Shown here one piece after another: positions 49,220-59,181 of a stretch of DNA of 64,000 bases. The notes under the pieces were generated by a model that was not told the origin of the DNA, did no database searches, and worked only from the letters and a program-made list of their open reading frames with translations. This DNA comes from Candidatus Kapaibacterium sp. (GTDB taxonomy: Bacteria > Bacteroidota > Ignavibacteria > Kapaibacteriales > UBA2268): positions 352,001 through 416,000 of the forward strand of contig OY762428.1 in NCBI GenBank assembly GCA_963665665.1, in the 5' to 3' direction. Position numbers and translations under genes: made by a program. Numbering within the stretch: position 1 is the stretch's first letter; each line of letters starts with the position of its first letter.

Positions 49220-50002
49220 TTATTTCTTTACAAGATAATTTTTGTTCTTGCTGACAATTTCCCTTGCAAGCTGCAGGTAATTCTTAGTACCATTGCAGGA
49301 AGCATCATAAAGAATTACCGGCTTGCCGTGGCTTGGTGCTTCGGACAATCGGACATTCCTTGAAATAATAGTCTGAAATACTTTATTCTCGAAATGCTTT
49401 GTAACTTCTTCAACAACCTGGTTGGAAAGCCTTAGCCTGGCATCGAACATTGTAAGCAATACACCTTCAATATCCAGATCGGGATTCAAATGATACCTTA
49501 CAATTGATATGGTATTCAGTAACTGCCCTAATCCTTCAAGAGCATAATACTCACATTGTACGGGAATTAGTACAGAATCCGCAGCAGTAAGGGCATTAAG
49601 TGTCAGTAGCCCGAGTGAAGGCGGACAGTCAATGATAATAAAGCTGAACTTATCCCTAACGTCATCCAGAGCTTTTTTCAGAACCATTTCCCTTTTGCTC
49701 ACATTAACCATTTCAATTTCAGCGCCAACAAGATTAATATGAGAAGGTAGTAGTTTCAGATATGGCATTTCAGTTTTCTGAAGCGTATCAGGAACGGGGA
49801 GGTCATTTACAAGAACTTCATAAATAGTTCTGTCAAGTTCTTTACTATTCACACCCACACCGTTTGAAGCATTTGCCTGCGGATCGATATCCACAAGCAG
49901 CACAGGATGTTCTGCCGCTGCCAAAGAGGCAGCGAGATTGACGGATGTTGTGGTTTTACCAACACCGCCCTTTTGATTTGCAACTGTTATTATTTTTCCC
50001 AT
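49220..50002 (-). CDS. parA: Chromosome partitioning ATPase ParA/Soj
   Basis: [51 protein letters not shown]. Confidence 0.95.
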   Translation of the reverse strand: MGKIITVANQKGGVGKTTTSVNLAASLAAAEHPVLLVDIDPQANASNGVGVNSKELDRTIYEVLVNDLPVPDTLQKTEMPYLKLLPSHINLVGAEIEMVNVSKREMVLKKALDDVRDKFSFIIIDCPPSLGLLTLNALTAADSVLIPVQCEYYALEGLGQLLNTISIVRYHLNPDLDIEGVLLTMFDARLRLSNQVVEEVTKHFENKVFQTIISRNVRLSEAPSHGKPVILYDASCNGTKNYLQLAREIVSKNKNYLVKK

Positions 50003-50032
50003 TTCAATCTAAATTAAATTTCGGCTATGCCG

Positions 50033-50590
50033 TTAAAAATTATATTTTTTACCAAATTTCATCATAAAGGAAAAAAAAGCATTCAACACTAATGAATGAT
50101 CAATTCTGCCATCTAAAATCATTTCTTTAACTTCTGCGAAACTATATTCCACCACCCTGATATCTTCGTTGCCATCTAAATGCTGATCCCCTTTTTTTTC
50201 ACAATCAAACCATACATAAGAATAGCAGGTATTGTTTAGAAAGGCGGGATTTGGCCTTACCTTGCAAAGTAGTTCCGCATTTAGTGATGAACTGTACCCG
50301 GTTTCCTCCGAACATTCTCTTTCACCCGCAGTTCCCGGCATTTCACCTTTTTCAATCAGCCCACCGGGTATTTCAAGCGTAATATCGTCAATACCATGGC
50401 GATATTGTTCAACAAAAACAATTTTATTATCCTTCGTTATAGGAATAATATTTACCCAGTCGGCAGAATCAAGAACAACAAAATTTGATTCTTTGTCCCA
50501 TTCAGGATGCCTGCGTTTTATCCAGGACACATCAAATATCTTGAAATTATCTGCCTTCTTTTTACTGACTGTTTCCCATTTCGAAATCAT
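50033..50590 (-). CDS. NUDIX hydrolase (ADP-ribose pyrophosphatase-like)
   Basis: QYRHG..TLEIPGGLIE...AGERECSEETGY Nudix box. Confidence 0.88.
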   Translation of the reverse strand: MISKWETVSKKKADNFKIFDVSWIKRRHPEWDKESNFVVLDSADWVNIIPITKDNKIVFVEQYRHGIDDITLEIPGGLIEKGEMPGTAGERECSEETGYSSSLNAELLCKVRPNPAFLNNTCYSYVWFDCEKKGDQHLDGNEDIRVVEYSFAEVKEMILDGRIDHSLVLNAFFSFMMKFGKKYNF

Positions 50591-50647
50591 AATATCCTTT
50601 ATACGGCTTCCAGATTACAACTGATAAAAGAGTAATTATATAAATAA

Positions 50648-50679
50648 ACCTGACAGGATTACAGACCATCCTGTCAGGT
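50648..50679. repeat. CCTGACAGG/CCTGTCAGG palindrome (REP-like)
   Basis: ACCTGACAGGAT-tacagacc-ATCCTGTCAGGT, perfect 12-bp stem. Confidence 0.6.
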
Positions 50680-50831
50680 ACAAAAATACATAAAATATCA
50701 AAGACTTTATGAACGTCACACAGTTTTCATTATAAAAGTTTTCAACAAAATTCTTTAGCAATTTGATACTTAATTACATATATATCATAATATTACTTCA
50801 TCAGATACACAAAAGCAACAATGTGGAAAAC

Positions 50832-53800
50832 TTATTTGATTATATTGAAAACCCGGCTGTAAATATCTCCCGGTGTTTTCATAATAATAATATAGGAACC
50901 CGTAGAATATTCCGAACTATGTAATTGAAATTCCATTCCTTTCGAATCAGTATGTCCTTTGAACAAGGTTTTAATCCTATTACCAAGAATATCAGTTACG
51001 AATATTTCTGTCTGGCCTTCTTCAAGAAGGTCTATAATTAAATCAGAAGTTTCATTCACTGGATTGGGCAATACCCTTATAGTGGTGGTATTTCCCCAGG
51101 GGTCTATAAACCGGGGATTATCTCCCTCGATACAAATATCAGTCAGAATAAATTTACCTCCGCTGGTATCGAATTTGATAAATCCGTTTTCGGCCGTCGC
51201 ATTATGAATAATCAGTTCGGTTTCTGCTTTTCTTCCGAGCATTGCCCTGAAACTAAAACTTTCAACGGGATTATTTTCTACCCATTCGGACAGGCTAATG
51301 TCAGATAACTGTATTATTCTCATTCCTTCAGAGTCAACATACCCGGTGGGAGTATTGCCAACAGGTTTTAAAAGTGTGGCATCAAATTTTAGTTCGGCCG
51401 AGATACTTTTATGAATTGCGGGAACAACATTGACCGTATTTTTCAGGAACAATTCAAACTCTATATAATCCCCTGCAGAAGCAATAATTTCTTCAGGTGC
51501 GGCTATAATCGCCTGCGAACGTAAATATGTAAATTTTCCGCCTGTTTCAACAAAAGAAATTTTTCCGTTATCAGAACTGGTTGAACTAAATGTCAGGTCG
51601 CATTCATTCTTTGTTTCTGAATGCAATACGTTGAAAACAACAGTTGCAACTATCTGGTTATCTTCATTTACATCAATTGGCAGGCCAGCCAGGTCAATCA
51701 TCCCGGTATTTGAAAATCCTACAGGCTCCAGAAGATCAGTATCATAACTTAAAACGGAAGACAAAGAGGCTGATCCGCTATATTCAATAAAACTCAAATC
51801 ATCAAGCTCAATTTCAACATCAATAGTTCCTCCTGATACCTGCGAATACTCACCTGTGGAAATTTCAGCAAGAGCAGCTCCGGGATTACCAATCAAACGT
51901 ATTGAGTTCCCGTCAGAAACAGAGCAAGGTTCCGCATTGATAATCAGATAAGAGGTAACCGAGCTTGGATCATCCGGGTTATACCTGATTTCAACACTTA
52001 TACTATCAAATGCAGGAATAGTATTTGCTGAAAAGGACAGGACAGTAAACTGCGAGTTGTCCGGTTGAAGATCAGCCAAAGAACTAATGGAAATATCCAG
52101 CGGAGTTTCGTTTACAAGGTAAATAGTCTGATCTTTGGGTGTTCCAAGGTCAGTTGTAAAAATATAGTCCCTGTCAGCAAATTCAGGCTGATAAACATCA
52201 ACGTTAAGAACAACTTCCGTTATTGAATTGCAGAGAGTATCGGTTATCTGCAAAATTTCAGTATAGCTTCCGGCATTAGGATAATTTACATAAATTGATA
52301 ACTCACCGCTACTCCCCCAGTCAATAGTAATATCCGAATTGTCAGGAGTGAAACCTCCGACTGAAGGAATACTTAGATCAGCAGCTATTGAACCATCATT
52401 TGTAATAGTTATTGATTTAGTGATTGTTTTACCGGGACAATTGAATCCAAAATCAAGAGTATCTAAATCCGAAGATATTTTTATATCGTCAATAAATCCA
52501 TTTAATGGAATTTGAAAATCAGCAGCATTCTCGGAATTATTTGAAATTTTTAAAGAGGCACTTTTTGCTCCTGCCATATATCCTTTGAAATACAATGTCA
52601 GTTCAGTTTCCGTATCAGGATCAATTGTAACAGGATATGCAAGCGTATCAAAATAGAAATATTCCGGATTACTACCTGTAATTTCAATATTATTAATTTC
52701 CAGAGGCCCCAAACCGGAATTTTTAAGTGCAATTTTAGTTGAAGTCAGTGTATCCCTGCAATTAAGGTTATCAAATTCCACGCTGGCAACTGATTCAATA
52801 TTAGCCCTGCCTTTACCCATGGCTTTTAATTGTCCTATCACACTGATTTTGTCTGTTTTTATAAGAATTTCAGCTTCATAAGACCTTGTCTCGTCCGGCA
52901 CAAAATAATATTCAAAATCAACACACTGGCCGGCTTCAATCTCCATTCCGCGATAAATACCATCTGTAATATGAAAATATGTAGCGTCAGATCCCTGTAT
53001 ATAGTAGTCGGTAATTTTAATTTTATTGCAAGAATGATTACAGAAAATACCTGTAAAATTTTTTGTTAGTGAAACATTAAGCGGGGTAGATCCCAAATCG
53101 GCAACAGAATGATAAATATAACCGGCAGAAGGATTAATAATTGTTCCGCTGCATGCATTTGTTTCCAGCATTATAGCAGCCTGATGGCATAAAGAATCAT
53201 TCGGGGTATATCTAAGCCGAACATCTCTTACATCTCCGGGCTGCATAGTTCCGCCAAGCCCTGATTCTATGCCGAACCTGCCGTCATTTGATGAAAAACC
53301 GTCAAGAACCACAGGATTATTTATCGCTTTAAATTCAAGAACTATTTCCGAATATCCCGGAGTTCCGGGATCAATATTTAAGAACTCATGGTTTGCATTT
53401 TGAATTATTAGGGCTGGCTTAACAGTTTCGGGAATAGTGTATTCAAAATAATCATCAGCCGGCCCTAATGGGGGATTCAGCCTTATATGCAAATCACCTC
53501 CGTCGCAGCAGCTTGTCCATTCTATTTCGCAGGGAGCCGGATAATCGTCCGGATCAATATTATCAAGAATATAATCATAGATATCCTGTACCTGCTCTTC
53601 TCCTTTGAAATCCGGAAATACTTCTCCGCCGGAAGATCCTGCTATTGCACCAAGTTGTTCTATTGATCCTCCCTCTATTACACCCATAGTCAGAGCGTAA
53701 AAAGTAGCATTTATACTTAATAGTGAATCCTGTACTTCACCTGATTTGAAAGGCCCGTAGGTTACTTCTTTATGTTCCCCGTCGGTAAGAAATATTATAA

Positions 53801-54401
53801 TAGGTTTGTACTTTGCTTTCTTGGCCTGTTCTATCAGCCCGATATTTCCCTCGGTACCGAAAAAGGCTCTGTTATAATCCGTTCCCCCGAGAGCACTTAT
53901 CTGGTTAATTGAACTTTTTAATTCCTGCTTATCCGTAGAAAAATCATGAACTAACTGGGGATTTTTATAAGTCCCTGCGCTGAAAGCCATTATTGCACAC
54001 TCCGACCTGTTCCCCGGAAGTTTATCAACCCAGCTTCTGGCAGCCTGTTTGGCAAAATCCATCCTCAACAAACTGCTGTTATCATCCGGGTCTATCCTGA
54101 AATTCTGCATAGACTGAGATTTATCAATAAGAAGTATCAGAGAGAATTTTGATATATTTTCCTCGCAGACTATTGTTTCTGCATTTGTAATATCGCATGA
54201 ACCGTCAGTAATAGTAAAATCCACAGAGGGATCGAAATTCCTCAGTGCTTTGCCATTGCTTCCGGTAATATACAATTCACCCTTCATTATGGGATAATTC
54301 GAAGCATCAACACCAACTATTCTTATTTGCTGGGCCTGCAGAAACATAGGAATTAAAAGAAAAAACCATAAAGCCGTTTTTAATATCTTGTAATTATTCA
54401 T
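50832..54401 (-). CDS. T9SS-secreted vWA-domain protein with Ig-like (choice-of-anchor D/ASH-like) and cohesin-like domains
   Basis: Signal peptide; MIDAS DKSQS...GGT...FLTDG; N.G..PL.I..I.ITG Ig repeats; CTD VLPNPV...STGSYII. Confidence 0.8.
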   Translation of the reverse strand: MNNYKILKTALWFFLLIPMFLQAQQIRIVGVDASNYPIMKGELYITGSNGKALRNFDPSVDFTITDGSCDITNAETIVCEENISKFSLILLIDKSQSMQNFRIDPDDNSSLLRMDFAKQAARSWVDKLPGNRSECAIMAFSAGTYKNPQLVHDFSTDKQELKSSINQISALGGTDYNRAFFGTEGNIGLIEQAKKAKYKPIIIFLTDGEHKEVTYGPFKSGEVQDSLLSINATFYALTMGVIEGGSIEQLGAIAGSSGGEVFPDFKGEEQVQDIYDYILDNIDPDDYPAPCEIEWTSCCDGGDLHIRLNPPLGPADDYFEYTIPETVKPALIIQNANHEFLNIDPGTPGYSEIVLEFKAINNPVVLDGFSSNDGRFGIESGLGGTMQPGDVRDVRLRYTPNDSLCHQAAIMLETNACSGTIINPSAGYIYHSVADLGSTPLNVSLTKNFTGIFCNHSCNKIKITDYYIQGSDATYFHITDGIYRGMEIEAGQCVDFEYYFVPDETRSYEAEILIKTDKISVIGQLKAMGKGRANIESVASVEFDNLNCRDTLTSTKIALKNSGLGPLEINNIEITGSNPEYFYFDTLAYPVTIDPDTETELTLYFKGYMAGAKSASLKISNNSENAADFQIPLNGFIDDIKISSDLDTLDFGFNCPGKTITKSITITNDGSIAADLSIPSVGGFTPDNSDITIDWGSSGELSIYVNYPNAGSYTEILQITDTLCNSITEVVLNVDVYQPEFADRDYIFTTDLGTPKDQTIYLVNETPLDISISSLADLQPDNSQFTVLSFSANTIPAFDSISVEIRYNPDDPSSVTSYLIINAEPCSVSDGNSIRLIGNPGAALAEISTGEYSQVSGGTIDVEIELDDLSFIEYSGSASLSSVLSYDTDLLEPVGFSNTGMIDLAGLPIDVNEDNQIVATVVFNVLHSETKNECDLTFSSTSSDNGKISFVETGGKFTYLRSQAIIAAPEEIIASAGDYIEFELFLKNTVNVVPAIHKSISAELKFDATLLKPVGNTPTGYVDSEGMRIIQLSDISLSEWVENNPVESFSFRAMLGRKAETELIIHNATAENGFIKFDTSGGKFILTDICIEGDNPRFIDPWGNTTTIRVLPNPVNETSDLIIDLLEEGQTEIFVTDILGNRIKTLFKGHTDSKGMEFQLHSSEYSTGSYIIIMKTPGDIYSRVFNIIK

Positions 54402-54467
54402 ATTCCTTCTCACATCAAATCACGTTCATCTAAGATTAAAAACAGTTAGCTGAACTGTTTGTCACAA

Positions 54468-55994
54468 CTACTTAATAAATTTTATATAATAAACATATTG
54501 TCCCCGGCTTACCATCGCAAAATAGACCGAATTTCCGAGCCGTGAAATATCAACACAAATAATATTACCTGAATCAATAATATCATTGGATGTTATCATA
54601 CTTTTTCCGTTCATATCATAAATTTGCCTGAGAATAATACCAGTTTCCTGGTTTTTATTAATATACAAGCTCTCGTTTCTTAAATAAAAAGAAATATCAG
54701 CTAATTCGTTTTCTTTTGCTTCGAGTATGCTACTATGGTAAAAAGTAAAGCCTGTACAGAGATTCCCAATAAAATCAAATGTTGCATCAGTATTATGTAC
54801 TCCGTCGGGAGTGAAAATTATTTCAAAGGAGTATGTATCCCCAACATCAAGTTCAAGTGGCAGGTCATCTTCAAGCCCTGGAGCAGAGAACTGATCGTTA
54901 TCAATATCCAATGATTCGATTCTCACCGGGCTGAACCTGGCTTCGATAGTAATAGTAGTATCGTAGTTTTGTCCGGATTCGTAGTTTTCGAAAGTGAAAA
55001 GTTCCGGAGCAATTTTTAAGGCTGGTTGTATCCAGTGAGGCACATCAATAATAAATGAAGAAGCAGCCTGAGTTTTTCCGCTATAAACTAATTTCCCGTT
55101 ATCGCTGCTACAATCACCATCCCACTGAACCATTAAAGGATCGGCATATCCATAATACCAGTTATCAAGAATTATTTCATTGAATTCATACCTGAGAGAA
55201 TTGTAATCACTTATTCCATAAATATTGCGGCTGTTATTGCCAGCCTCATCAGCAATATAATCAAGGGTTGCCCTGGTCAAAGAATCCGGTTCAAAAGCAC
55301 ATAAAGAATAAAAAAGAGAATAATTTTTAACAAATTTCCCGATAATTTCACCTATTTCAGGTATCCCGCTATGGTTCAATTCATGGTTTCCTCCAAGCAG
55401 CATGATAACTGCCGGCTGATATTTCGCGCTGTCCATCAGGTCGGCAGGAGCAGGGTCTCCCCATCTGTCTCCAAGGAAAGCGGAATTCAGGTCAATTCCA
55501 CCAGCAAAAGGAATACTATCCAGACAGCTTCGGAGTGAATCCTTATCAGTTGTAAAACCGGCCCTGATCTCTGAAAAATGAGAAAACACAGTGATTGCAC
55601 ATTCGGTTCTATTTATTTTCAGGCTGTCGATAAACTGTCTGACAACGTTAATAAATGCCTCGCTTTTTGTATAATTTTCATCACCTGGAAAATCCTGGTA
55701 GCCGGAAGCAAGTGAACGGTCGATCAAAAGAAGATAAGAGTATTTTGATATACTTTCAGGAGCATGGAAATCGGTAATTGTACTTGATTCTCCATTTATT
55801 TCAAGAGAAAAATCGTCCATTTTTATTCTGCGCAACTCATTACCATCATCATCGAAAAGACGAAAGTAATACTGCATATCAGGATAATTATAAACCTGCA
55901 GCATACTACTGTCAATTGAACCGGAAGTTAAATTCAAAGGGAGAAACAAGCTGAGAATTATCAGGTTGTACATTATTTTTGATTTATAATTCAT
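54468..55994 (-). CDS. Secreted vWA-like protein (degenerate MIDAS), paralog of the downstream gene, with CTD-like end
   Basis: LLIDRSLAS...TECAITVFS...FTTDK..L...GG.D.N.AF...KYQPAVI aligns with the neighbour; C-terminal IYDMNGK...ISRL..VYF. Start codon uncertain. Confidence 0.7.
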   Translation of the reverse strand: MNYKSKIMYNLIILSLFLPLNLTSGSIDSSMLQVYNYPDMQYYFRLFDDDGNELRRIKMDDFSLEINGESSTITDFHAPESISKYSYLLLIDRSLASGYQDFPGDENYTKSEAFINVVRQFIDSLKINRTECAITVFSHFSEIRAGFTTDKDSLRSCLDSIPFAGGIDLNSAFLGDRWGDPAPADLMDSAKYQPAVIMLLGGNHELNHSGIPEIGEIIGKFVKNYSLFYSLCAFEPDSLTRATLDYIADEAGNNSRNIYGISDYNSLRYEFNEIILDNWYYGYADPLMVQWDGDCSSDNGKLVYSGKTQAASSFIIDVPHWIQPALKIAPELFTFENYESGQNYDTTITIEARFSPVRIESLDIDNDQFSAPGLEDDLPLELDVGDTYSFEIIFTPDGVHNTDATFDFIGNLCTGFTFYHSSILEAKENELADISFYLRNESLYINKNQETGIILRQIYDMNGKSMITSNDIIDSGNIICVDISRLGNSVYFAMVSRGQYVYYIKFIK

Positions 55995-56021
55995 ATTGTT
56001 TTTCAATTAATTTAAGATACA

Positions 56022-58049
56022 TCATTTTTGTATTTCAATTTCCACGGTTCTTGAATAGAAACGACCTTCAGGAGTATTGTTATCATATATTATTTTGCTT
56101 TCTCCCACTCCTCTTGCTCTGGACGATCCTACACCAAGAGCAGAAGCAGTTGTTTTTGCTCTTCTCAGTGATAACTTCATATTATAATCTTCGCTTCCGG
56201 TTCTGTCCGAGTAGCCTGTAATCGTAATTCTGGCGCCTTTACTCAGCTTTTTCCTGGCTTCACTAACCAGTCTCATATTTGCAATATCTAACTGATCTTC
56301 ATCAAAATCAAATAAAATCAGAGAGAACTTTTGTATTTCATTTTGAGACGTACTATTTGCCTCGGCCTTTTGCTCAATTGTAACCTGCTGCACCGGAAGT
56401 GTCTGAACAAGAGACTGCCATATTTTTTGATCATTGTCAGTGGTGATAAGAACATAATTGATCGGATGATCAAATTTTAGATTCGAATTAGAAACATCTT
56501 CTTCCTCAATTTTCCAGTCAATAATTGCAGGTGGGTGGCCTTCTCCGGAAAATCCACGAATTTCCTCACCTTTCTGATAAACAATTACTTTCCATTTTTC
56601 GATACCAATGCTGGTATTCACCCTTATCTTGAATCTTATTTGCGGCGGATGTGAAGTTCTGATAGTATCAGTTATTTCCAGATAGGATAAAATATTTTCA
56701 TCATCGGATGTAATTTCCACCCTTCTGTTTTCAGCATTACCGTCCGGGTCCCCTATCTTTGAAGCTTTTCCGGGCAATCCCCTTGCTTTGATATTTATCC
56801 TGCCCGGCTCCAATCCCCAGATATCCTGTAAATAATCCTTTACAGTATTGGCTCTGGATTCAGAAAGTTTAATATTATTTTTTTCCGGCCCGAAATCGCA
56901 ATTGCATCCTGTTAATTCGATTTTTGCATCCGGATTTTCTATCATTCGTTTTCCGACAATATTCAGGATATTCCTGTAAACTTTCATTCGCTCCATCCCG
57001 GAAAGCATAATAAAGTCAAAATTTTCTGCTCCTGTTTTATTCATCAAAGAAAAACGTTCCGGAATTTTTGATGAATTTTCATCGAAAAATACGTAACTAA
57101 GAAGAGGATATACATGCCGCAACAGCACTTCTTCAACTTTGATTACTGAAAAGTCCTGTTCGATACCTTCATCATAGCCAACAGCTGTAATTGATGCGTC
57201 CAGTACCGGTGGCAACGGAGGCTCGGGCATAGGCGCCATTGGTGGCGCTACTGGCGGAACAACCGGTGGCGGTGGCGGAACAAGTTTGCGTGGCGAATAT
57301 TTAACAGCTATTTCACCGCTGATTACATTTGTATTCCAACTCAGGTTCTTTACAACCGGAACAAGCCCGTACTCCAGGTTTATCCCTGGTGTGAAAAATA
57401 ATGTCCGGGAATTATTCATAGGGAAATCATAGCTTATACCTGCCACAATTGAAAAACTTAATTTGTTATGATCAGGTATTTCGCCTGAATACTCATGTCG
57501 TATTTTACTTTTTGTATCAGTAAAAACTGCATAATCAGGAGATAAGATTTTCTCCTTTTGTGTAAAATCTGCCTTTACCACTATTGAGGTATTGAATCCA
57601 AGGCGAAACCTAAACCTGTCTGAAAACCTATAATTGAATAAAGGAGATATTCCTATTGTATTGATCCTGGCATCCAAACTGTGCTCAATACGTCCGGCAA
57701 TTGTCCCGCCGGTATTAGGATTTAATATTTCTGCAATATCCTCCTCGCTGGTAAGCAAGCCGCTTAAATCCCCGTATAAAATTCTGGTATCTATTTCCCA
57801 CTTGCCCGATAAAGGTATAATAAAGAAAAATCCACCTGCAAGATGAAGCCCGTTTCCTGATTCAAATTTAAGGCAGCAATTAGGATATGGTTCAAGTTTT
57901 TTAAAATCTGCACTATATATATTCAGGCCCGGATCGCCAAATATGCCGTATGCAAATCTCGACTCATAAGGATAATCAGCATAACGCTGAGCCATAGCGC
58001 CATATATTAGAAATAAAAAAAATAAAGCAAACACCTTCAAAAACTTCAT
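56022..58049 (-). CDS. OmpA family protein (N-terminal beta-barrel, Pro-rich linker, two OmpA-like domains)
   Basis: PPPPPVVPP linker; VFFDENSS...LSESRA..V...NRRVEI and ILFDFD...GYSDRTG...LSLRRA...SRTVEI. Confidence 0.85.
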   Translation of the reverse strand: MKFLKVFALFFLFLIYGAMAQRYADYPYESRFAYGIFGDPGLNIYSADFKKLEPYPNCCLKFESGNGLHLAGGFFFIIPLSGKWEIDTRILYGDLSGLLTSEEDIAEILNPNTGGTIAGRIEHSLDARINTIGISPLFNYRFSDRFRFRLGFNTSIVVKADFTQKEKILSPDYAVFTDTKSKIRHEYSGEIPDHNKLSFSIVAGISYDFPMNNSRTLFFTPGINLEYGLVPVVKNLSWNTNVISGEIAVKYSPRKLVPPPPPVVPPVAPPMAPMPEPPLPPVLDASITAVGYDEGIEQDFSVIKVEEVLLRHVYPLLSYVFFDENSSKIPERFSLMNKTGAENFDFIMLSGMERMKVYRNILNIVGKRMIENPDAKIELTGCNCDFGPEKNNIKLSESRANTVKDYLQDIWGLEPGRINIKARGLPGKASKIGDPDGNAENRRVEITSDDENILSYLEITDTIRTSHPPQIRFKIRVNTSIGIEKWKVIVYQKGEEIRGFSGEGHPPAIIDWKIEEEDVSNSNLKFDHPINYVLITTDNDQKIWQSLVQTLPVQQVTIEQKAEANSTSQNEIQKFSLILFDFDEDQLDIANMRLVSEARKKLSKGARITITGYSDRTGSEDYNMKLSLRRAKTTASALGVGSSRARGVGESKIIYDNNTPEGRFYSRTVEIEIQK

Positions 58050-58341
58050 TACAATCTCCGCTCTCTTTCCCGACTAAGTATCTCATAGTATATAACAGGT
58101 AAAATTAGTTTTTTTTTCACTTTTTTAAAAAAAATGTTATATTTTTTTTAAAGGCTCGGGGATAGTCGACAATTCAACCGAAAATATACCACAAATAAGC
58201 AAACTTTAGAGATAGATTCTGCTGCCATCTGAGTTGGTTTTTGCACCCGAATTTATTTTTGAACCGCAGAAGCTAAAATATTTATTATCGCTCGGCTAAT
58301 CAAATTTTGGTCTGCGAATAAATCCTCATCTCAATAAACAA

Positions 58342-59181
58342 TTATTTACAAGATTTACTGCAGCAATTTTCACGCAACTTAAAATATTTCTTAACCGCAT
58401 TAATAAAACTTACAGCAATTGGCCTGGAAAGCGGGTTTGACTGTTCCATTCTTTCAGGATGCCATTGAACAGCCATCATGTATGGTTTCATGCATGGATT
58501 AATCCATTCATAAGCTTCCACCAAACCGTCTATTGATCTCGAAGTCACTTTCAAGCCATCAGCTAACCTTTCAACAGCCTGATGATGATTAGTATTAACT
58601 GTGCCACCTGTTACATTAGAAATTTTATTCAGCATCGAGCCTTCAGCAACAGCAACTTCATGGAAACAATCGGCAGGGTCTTCGCACCTGTGAGTAATGG
58701 TTGTATCAAAATCGGTGGGTATATCCACCACAAGAGTACCGCCAAGATATACATTAAGTATCTGTTCGCCACGACAAATTCCGAGTATTGGCATTTTTGT
58801 CTTGTTTAGGGCGTATTCAATAATTTTGAATTCCAGGGTATCCCTCATATAATCTATCCCGCAACGCACCGAATCAAGAGGATCGCCATATACACCGGGA
58901 GCCACGTCGGGGCCTCCGCTGAGGACAATACCATAGCATTGCTTTAATTCTTCAATTGCCTCATCATATTCCAGGCCGTACAGATTAACATATTCAAATG
59001 AAGGGTCAATTGATTTCAGCCATTGTTCATACTGAACATAATGAGCACTGCCCCAGGATTTTGAAACAGCTATTTTAATTTTATCTTCTTTTCGAAATTC
59101 GCAGGAATAAATTCCCGCTATAAAAATCATTAATAAAAAAACTATTCCGGATTTCGCTTTTGCTGAGGTTTTTTGTTCCAT
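58342..59181 (-). CDS. Gamma-glutamyl-gamma-aminobutyrate hydrolase family (peptidase C26) with lipoprotein-like signal
   Basis: LSGGPDV.P, RD..E, GICRG, NTNHHQAV, VQWHPE; N-terminal ...AGIYSC. Confidence 0.85.
   Translation of the reverse strand: MEQKTSAKAKSGIVFLLMIFIAGIYSCEFRKEDKIKIAVSKSWGSAHYVQYEQWLKSIDPSFEYVNLYGLEYDEAIEELKQCYGIVLSGGPDVAPGVYGDPLDSVRCGIDYMRDTLEFKIIEYALNKTKMPILGICRGEQILNVYLGGTLVVDIPTDFDTTITHRCEDPADCFHEVAVAEGSMLNKISNVTGGTVNTNHHQAVERLADGLKVTSRSIDGLVEAYEWINPCMKPYMMAVQWHPERMEQSNPLSRPIAVSFINAVKKYFKLRENCCSKSCK

Noticed and set aside
48215-50830. parS site or plasmid/prophage partition module
   Set aside because: No TGTTTCACGTGAAACA-like palindrome noticed, and ParA/ParB are chromosomal Soj/Spo0J type among housekeeping genes.
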